Positions 55,870 through 64,000 of a stretch of 64,000 bases of DNA are shown here, piece by piece (position 1 is the stretch's first letter; each line of letters starts with the position of its first letter). The stretch is from contig NIVC01001924.1 in NCBI GenBank assembly GCA_002269645.1, positions 124,001 through 188,000 of the forward strand, written 5' to 3'. Source of the stretch: Macrostomum lignano. Its lineage: Eukaryota. A model generated the notes under the pieces. The model made no database searches. It saw only the letters and a program-made list of their open reading frames with translations, and was not told the origin of the DNA. A program made the translations under genes and the position numbers.

Positions 55870-57150
55870 GACAGCTCACTCTTTCCTCAAACTGCTCACT
55901 CTTTTTCCTCAGACTGCTCACTCTCTTTCCTCAGACTGCTCACTTTCTTTCCTCAGACTGCTCACTCTCTTTCCTCAGACTGCTCACTTTCTTTCCTCAG
56001 ACTGCTCACTCTCTTTCCTCAGACTGCTCACTCTCTTTCCTCAGACTGCTCACTTTCTTTCCTCAGACTGCTCACTCTTTTTCCTCAGACTGCTTACTCT
56101 CTTTCCTCAGACTGCTCACTTTCTTTCCTCAGACTGCTCACTTTCTTTCCTCAGACTGCTCACTCTCTTTCCTCAGACTGCTCACTCTTTTTCCTCAGAC
56201 TGCTCATTCTCTTTCCTCAGACTGCTCATTCTCTTTCCTCAGACTGCTCACTCTCTTTCTTCAGAGTGCTCACTCTTTTTCCTCAGACTGCTCACTCTCT
56301 CCTCAGACTGCTCACTCACTTTCCTCAGACTGCTCACTCTCTTTCCTCAGACTGCTCACTTTCTTTCCTCAGACTGCTCACTTTCTTTCCTCAGACTGCT
56401 CACTCTCTTTCCTCAGACTGCTCACTCTTTTTCCTCAGACTGCTCATTCTCTTTCCTCAGACTGCTCATTCTCTTTCCTCAGACTGCTCACTCTCTTTCT
56501 TCAGAGTGCTCACTCTTTTTCCTCAGACTGCTCACTCTCTCCTCAGACTGCTCACTCACTTTTCTCAGACTGCTCACTCTTTTTCCTCAGACTGCTCACT
56601 CTCTTTCCTCAGACTGCTCACTCTCTTTCCTCAGACTGCTCACTCTTTTTCCTCAGACTGCTCACTCTCTTCCTTCAGAGTGCTCACTCTATTTTTCTCA
56701 GTCTGCTCACTCTCTCCTCAGACTGCTCACTCTCTTTCCTCAGACTGCTCACTCTCTTTCCTCAGACTGCTCACTCTCTTTCCTCAGACTGCTCACTCTC
56801 TTCCTTCAGAGTGCTCACTCTATTTTTCTCAGTCTGCTCACTCTATTTTTCTCAGTCTGCTCACTCTCTCCTCAGACTGCTCACTCTCTTTTCTCAGACT
56901 ACTCATTGTCTTTCCTCAGACTGCTCACTCTCTTTCCTCAGACTGCTCACTCTCTTTCCTCAGACTGCTCACTCTCTTTCCTCAGACTGCTCACTCTCTT
57001 TCCTCAGACTGCTCACTCTCTTTCCTCAGACTGCTCACTCTCTTCCTTCAGAGTGCTCACTCTATTTTTCTCAGTCTGCTCACTCTCTTTTCTCAGACTA
57101 CTCATTGTCTTTCCTCAGACTGCTCACTCTCTTCTCAGACTGCTCACTCT
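55870..57150. repeat. 22-bp minisatellite (CTCAGACTGCTCACTCTCTTTC) with higher-order repeats
   Basis: Directly visible. Confidence 0.96.
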
Positions 57151-58279
57151 CAAGAGGAGTGCTCAATGAATTTTCTGTAGAGTGCTCAGTCTTTTTTCTG
57201 CAGAGTGCTTACTCCCGTTTTAGGAGTGCTCACTTCTATCCAGCGCTCACTTTATCACAAACCTCTATTTTTCTATCCTCATCTTTGAGCACAGGAAACT
57301 TTAACGCAATTCTCATTAATAATTTATAGTTCTTCAAGTTTATTGCGATCTCAAGACCACAGTAGACTTTCACGAGTTCACAGTTATTTTGATGTAGATG
57401 GCTCATTAATTATTAATTTTATACGGCAATTAGAGCTTCGGGGTAATCTACGTTGATTTTAAGGGTTTCCACCTTTTTCAATGTAATTCTTGATGTCGTG
57501 GTAGGTCGCCTGTAATTAATGTTATTTTTTATTATAGGCCGCACACACAACTTCAGCAAGGTAATTTGTATTCCAGCATTGTCTCTAGCTACTTGTCTGC
57601 ATGTAGGTGAGCCTGCATCTGCAGTGTGTTTCAATTGTTCTGCCAGTTGTGTCCAAGAGCGCGCATGCGTGTGTGTGGTCTGGCAATCTTACTACACAAT
57701 TAATGAGTGCCCCGCAGTGCAGATTGGCAACTGCTTGAGAACACGGCTTGTAGGGGGATCGTCACTTCTAATAAATAATTCACTTTCGCTGCGATGGTAG
57801 AATTGCGAAACACAGCATGGAGGCTGCTGTATGACACAACGGGCGGGCAATGAATGTCTGTCTGTCTGTTTCAGCGCATGGAATTGATGAGCGATCGGGT
57901 CATCTCATCATTGGCTGTGCGCTCTCATTAATCATTTAACACTCACTCGGTGGCTGCGGGGGGGTCGTCCCTTGATCTTGTCACCGGTATATAAGACTTA
58001 ATTCTTTCTGAGCCAAGTTTACTGTTTCGATCAGAGCCACTCTGAAGTATAAGAACTTGAATGAGCCCATTGTCGCAACTGCGGGGTGAGTAACTATTGA
58101 ATGTTTCAATAATGTCTTTTCTATCATAGTCATTCGAGAAAGAAAGATATTGGCGCTCCTTAGTCTAGCTGTTTTGTGTTCGATTATAAATGATGAAACG
58201 GAATCACTTGGTTGTGTAGGCAGCCGTTGATTTCTAAATGGTTCGTTTGTGGGGCTTTTAGAAAGAGGGGATTTGGCAC

Positions 58280-60092
58280 ACAGGGCCTTTAGCACCGGGG
58301 ATTTAGCATCAGAGGATTTAGCATCAGGGGATTTAGCATCAGGGGATTTAGCATCAGAGGATTTAGCATCAGAGGATTTAGCATCAGAGGATTTAGCACC
58401 AGAGGATTTAGCATCAGGGGATTTAGCACCAGAGGATTTAGCATCAGAGGATTTAGCATCAGAGGATTTAGCATCAGAGGATTTAGCATCAGGGGATTTA
58501 GCATCAGGGGATTTAGCATCAGGGGATTTAGCACCAGCGGATTTAGCATAGGGGATTTAGCATCAGAGGATTTAGGATTAGGGGATTTAGCACCAGGGGA
58601 TTTAGCACAGGGGATTTAGCACCAGAGGATTTAGCACAAGGGATTTATCATCAGGGGATTTAGCACCAGAGGATTTAGCATCAGAGGATTTAGCATCAGA
58701 GGATTTAGCATCAGAGGATTTAGCATCAGAGGATTTATCATCAGGGGATTTAGCATCAGAGGATTTAGCATCAGGGGATTTAGCATCAGGGGATTTAGCA
58801 CCAGGGGATTTAGCATCAGGGGATTTAGCACCAGAGGATTTAGCATAGGGGATTTAGCATCAGAGGATTTAGCACCAGAGGATTTAGCATCAGGGGATTT
58901 AGCACCAGAGGATTTAGCATCAGAGGATTTAGCATCAGAGGATTTAGCATAGGGGATTTAGCACCAGGGGATTTAGCATCAGGGGATTTAGCACCAGAGG
59001 ATTTAGCATCAGAGGATTTAGCATCAGAGGATTTAGCATCAGAGGATTTAGCATCAGGGGATTTAGCATCAGGGGATTTAGCACCAGAGGATTTAGCATC
59101 AGGGGATTTAGCATCAGGGGATTTAGCATCAGAGGATTTAGCATAGGGGATTTAGCACCAGGGGATTTAGCATCAGGGGATTTAGCATCAGAGGATTTAG
59201 CACCAGGGGATTTAGCATCAGGGGATTTAGCACCAGAGGATTTAGCATAGGGGATTTAGCATCAGAGGATTTAGGATTAGGGGATTTAGCACAGGGGATT
59301 TAGCACCAGAGGATTTAGCACAGGGGATTTAGCATCAGAGGATTTAGCACCAGGGGATTTAGCACAGGGGATTTAGCATCAGAGGATTTAGCACCAGGGG
59401 ATTTAGCACAGGGGATTTAGCACCAAAGGATTTAGCACCAAAGGATTTAGCATCAGGGAATTTAGCATCAGGGGATTTAGCACAGGGGATTTAGCACCAA
59501 AGGATTTAGCACAGGGGATTTAGCACAGGGGATTTAGCATCAGAGGATTTAGCACCAGGGGATTTTGCACAGGGGATTTAGCATCAGAGGATTTAGCACC
59601 AGGGGATTTAGCACAGGGATTTAGCACCAAAGGATTTAGCACCAAAGGATTTAGCATCAGGGAATTTAGCATCAGGGGATTTAGCACAGGGGATTTAGCA
59701 CCAAAGGATTTAGCACAGGGGATTTAGCACCAAAGGATTTAGCATCAGGGGATTTACCACCAGGGGATTTAGAATCAGGGGCTTTAGCACCAGGGGATTT
59801 AGCACCAGGGGATTTAGCACAGGGGATTTAGCACCAAAGGATTTAGCATCAGGGGATTTACCACCAGGGGATTTAGAATCAGGGGCTTTAGCACCAGGGG
59901 ATTTAGCACCAAAGGATTTAGCACAGGGGATTTAGCACCAAAGGATTTAGCATCAGGGGATTTACCACCAGGGGATTTAGAATCAGGGGCTTTAGCACAG
60001 GGGATTTAGCACCAAAGGATTTAGCACACAGGGCTTTTAGCACCAGTGGCTTTAGCACAGGGGATTTAGCACCAGGGGCTTTAGCACCAGGG
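58280..60092. repeat. 15-bp minisatellite (GGGGATTTAGCACCA / GAGGATTTAGCATCA)
   Basis: Directly visible. Confidence 0.96.
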
Positions 60093-60915
60093 AAGCAGGA
60101 TCGAAGACAGGAATTTAGGAGGAAGTTTTTATAAAAGTTTATTATACAGCTGTCTTTGACCAAGTGATTCTCAAAGATTGAACGCAGAACGACCCGAATA
60201 GAGTTGAGAACAGTGTTACACATCATGATATGCTATTGTGTATTTTACAGTGGGGGCTCTTCCTGATTGGTTACGGGTTAGTAATAAAATCGATTCTGAA
60301 TCACAATTCAATTCACGCAATTACCTAGCTAATGTAAATGCTCATGTTCGTTACATGCAATTATTACTAAAACAAAATGTGCAGCTCATGCTTTACTTTG
60401 CCATATTGACAAAATGACAAATTCAGATCAATCACTGGCCATTGTCTGCCCCATACATTACAATTTGGATTTGTTCAATAAATTAAAACTATAACTGTTT
60501 CATATTAATGACTGACTGATTTGTTCACTACACTGTTACTAAATGTAGCACTTGCTCTCATGGATGAAGGAAGTGAATCTAAAACACCCAGCAGGGGCGC
60601 CAGCTCCATCGAATACATGGTTTTAAAATAGGTGTCAAGTCAAATACTCTGTCTATTAAGACAAACAATTAGACATCAATTGTACATCCTTCATCCATGA
60701 TGCCTTTTGCTATTACTTGCCTGCAAACATTATTTTTTTGCAACGTAATCATAATTACAAAAATGACGAGTTTTACTGTACCCATTAAACCTGCAGCTTC
60801 AATTTCACTATAAAATTCGAATCAATTTACGATGAATCCGCGCTCACACACTAACAGCCGCCACAATATCACCGCCACACAGAATCCTAGCAATTCAACT
60901 AAAAAGCATAATTGA

Positions 60916-63908
60916 ATGAGAGACATGGTGTCACCCGGTGCACTAAACAGCGAGACCAGCATGGCGCTTAGCCAGAGCATGGATAGCGTCAATGCCTGTG
61001 TGGACGACGAGGTGAGACGGATTGAGAGTCAAAAAATTCATTTAATCACGAGCTTACATGTACTCGACAGTCTTCTTTAATTTGTTGAATTTCGATCTAA
61101 TTTAAATCCGCGCCAAAAAGTTTATCAAACGAAAAAGTAGAAACATTAAAATTCTGTCTTGAAGTTGAATCGATAAGTTGTTTTAATTGTTTTTAAACTT
61201 TGAGTTTTCATAACGCAAATAGTTGTGGCGCTAATTTCAGTTTGATTCAAATTAACAAACAATTGTACCGATAATAACTATATTTAGGGAAGACTGTCGC
61301 GTATTCGTACATTATTTTTCTCACCGTTTCTCTGTCAAAAATTTACAAATTACTAACAAGAAATTCAAATTTACAAGTAATTACTAAATTAGTAATTGTC
61401 TTAATAATATAGTTGCTGCTTTGTTCTATTCCTCAGGATGAATGCTTGGTAAAAATGCGAATGTTATATAGGCATATTGTTGGGCGGATTTCTAAAATTA
61501 ATTTGAAGACTCAATATTAAACAAATCCAATATAATAATTTTTTGAAAATTTTGGTTTAAAATTTGAATAACTTTAAATGTTAGTGTTGAACATCGATTC
61601 TTGGAAATGCATTTCTAGAAAGGAGTTCAATAAACCACACTCATAGCAGACGCAACTATATAAATTAGACAGTTCTTGATCACGATCACTTGGTTTATTA
61701 AATTACATTTAGGTTAAGCTAAGTAAGTTAGGTTTTATGAGTCTGTAAATTTGTTTGTAAATTGTTGCTTTTTAAATTAGATTTTTCCTTGCAGATTTAA
61801 ACTACGATTATGAATCTCTGAAACCGGTCATCCTACTTTTAAGTAGCATTGGCAGAACACTTCTTGCTTCTAGCAAAGTTAATTCATTAAAACAGAAATT
61901 GGTAAATTTCTATAATTGTTGCTTTTAAATATCAGGTGCGAACCCTGTTCGTCAGCGGGCTGCCAATGGACACGAAGCCTCGAGAGCTGTACCTGTTGTT
62001 TCGAGCTTTCAAGGTGAGTCACCGAATTTCAAATATTATACATTATACGGTTCCAATGCAAAATTTCTCTAAAAATCTATCCATAAAATTTCAGGGCTTT
62101 GAAAATGCTCAGTTGAAAAGTTTTGCTCAAAAATTGGGCAAACTCATGTGTGTGAGTAATCTGTGCATGGGATGCATATGTATGTACATTTCATGTAGCT
62201 TTTTGTTATAGTTTTGTAAAATAATCATTCAATTTTTTCCAGCCAGTCGGTTTTGTCACTTTCAAGAGTCGGGTGGACGCTGAGGTTGCAAAACAGGAAT
62301 TGCAGGTAACTGAAATTGTGTATCAGTTTGTGTCAGCTAGGTGGTACCAATTTGTGTCAGTTGGTGCCAATTTGTGTCAGTTGGTGCCAATTTGTGTCAG
62401 TTGGTGCCAATTTGTGTCAGTTAATGCCAATTTGTGTCAGTTGGTGCCAATTTGTGTCAGTTGGTGCCAATTTGTGTCAGTTGGTGCCAATTTGTGTCAG
62501 TTGGTGCAAATTTGTGTCAGTTGGTGCCAATTTGTGTCAGTTGGTGCCAATTTGTGTCAGTTGGTGCCAATTTGTGTCAGTTGGGGCCAATTTGTGTCAG
62601 TTGGTGCCAATTTGTGTCAGTTGGTGCCAATTTGTGTCAGTTGGTGCCAATTTGTGTCAGTTAGGGCCAATTTGTGTCAGTTGGTGCCAATTTGTGTCAG
62701 TTGGTGCCAATTTGTGTCAGTTGGTGCCAATTTGTGTCAGTTGGTGCCAATTTGTGTCAGTTGGGGCCAATTTGTGTCAGTTAATGCCAATTTGTGTCAG
62801 TTGGTGCCAATTTGTGTCAGTTGGTGCCAATTTGTGTCAGTTAATGCCAATTTGTGTCAGTTGGTGCCAATTTGTGTCAGTTGGTACCAATTTGTGTCAG
62901 TTGGTGCCAATTTGTGTCAGTTGGTGCCAATTTGTGTCAGTTGGTGCCACCAATTTGTGTCAGTTGGTGCCAATTTGTGTCAGTTGGTGCCAATTTGTGT
63001 CAGTTGGTGCCAATTTGTGTCAGTTAATGCCAATTTGTGTCAGTTAATGCCAATTTGTGTCAGTTAATGCCAATTTGTGTCAGTTAATGCCAATTGTGTC
63101 AGTTGGTGCCAATTTGTGTCAGTTGGTGCCAATTTGTGTCAGTTGGTGCCAATTTGTGTCAGTTAATGCCAATTTGTGTCAGTTGGTGCCAATTTGTGTC
63201 AGTTGGTGCCAATTTGTGTCAGTTGGTGCCAATTTGTGTCAGTTAATGCCAATTTGTGTCAGTTGGTGCCAATTTGTGTCAGTTAATGCCAATTGTGTCA
63301 GTTGGTGCCAATGTGTGTCAGTTGGTGCCAATTTGTGTCAGTTAATGCCAATTTGTGTCAGTTAATGCCAATTTGTGTCAGTTAATGCCAATTGTGTCAG
63401 TTGGTGCCAATTTGTGTCAGTTGGTGCCAATTTGTGTCAGTTGGTGCCAATTTGTGTCAGTTAATGCCAATTTGTGTCAGTTGGTGCCAATTTGTGTCAG
63501 TTGGTGCCAATTTGTGTCAGTTGGTGCCAATTTGTGTCAGTTAATGCCAATTTGTGTCAGTTGGTGCCAATTTGTGTCAGTTGGTGCCAATTTGTGAAAA
63601 ATTTGAGAAGGATTTTAGAAACTGGCTAGCTTATCATCAAACTTTGGGAAAGTTTAATGTAATGCCTTTTCATCTCCATATGCATTGCAGTTTTGACTAT
63701 TTAAATTTATAGTTAATTTTCATCTCCCGAGCAATAAAACAAAATTTAATTCTTCGGCCTTCAAAATTCTATCAGGGCGTAAAATTTGATATGGAGCTGC
63801 CGCAGACTCTGCGCCTGGAGTTCGCCAAGACCAACAACAAAGTGGCCAAGCCGAAGCTGGGCCAAGGAGTCGGCGGTCACCACCAGGCTATGCTGCCCAT
63901 GTCTGGCC
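60916..63908 (+). CDS. cpo: RRM RNA-binding protein, couch potato / RBPMS family (5' part; continues beyond window)
   Basis: Exons 60916-61011 (..[17 protein letters not shown]), 61936-62013 ([26 protein letters not shown]), 62095-62151, 62243-62305 ([21 protein letters not shown]) and 63776-63908 ([27 protein letters not shown]); all GT-AG and in frame. Confidence 0.93.
62325..63595. repeat. 20-bp minisatellite (CCAATTTGTGTCAGTTGGTG) filling a cpo intron
   Basis: Starts ~20 bp after the donor at 62305. Confidence 0.97.
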
Positions 63909-64000
63909 GTAAGTTTTGATACGGTTGAACATATTTGAACATATTTGAAACATATATAATTAGACTTCAGCCTGTGATATAAATTTCAGCTTTAAAAAAC

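Overview
Eukaryotic (animal) genomic DNA: intron-rich genes with GC3-rich exons, and introns packed with minisatellites. The style resembles a free-living flatworm such as Macrostomum, but that is inference only. Six spliced or partial genes can be reconstructed by hand: a TRAF (RING-zinc finger-MATH) gene on - running off the left edge; an unidentified coiled-coil gene on -; an N-terminally acylatable (MGC...) globin on + with canonical B12.2/G7.0 introns; two head-to-head copies of the mitochondrial citrate carrier SLC25A1; and the 5' part of a couch potato/RBPMS RRM gene on +. Most long ORFs in the supplied track are tandem-repeat artefacts. Highlights: (1) an 11.8-kb Mutator/Foldback-like element with a 9-bp TSD, inserted in a 46-bp minisatellite and carrying a head-to-tail Helitron trimer plus a MITE; (2) an inverted SLC25A1 pair whose inner ~1.5 kb is nearly identical while the outer exon is old and diverged; (3) sharply bounded CpG-void, TpA-rich domains, one containing a C>T/G>A-riddled mariner fossil; (4) a different private minisatellite in many introns, often abutting splice sites. 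All coordinates, counts and alignments were done by eye.
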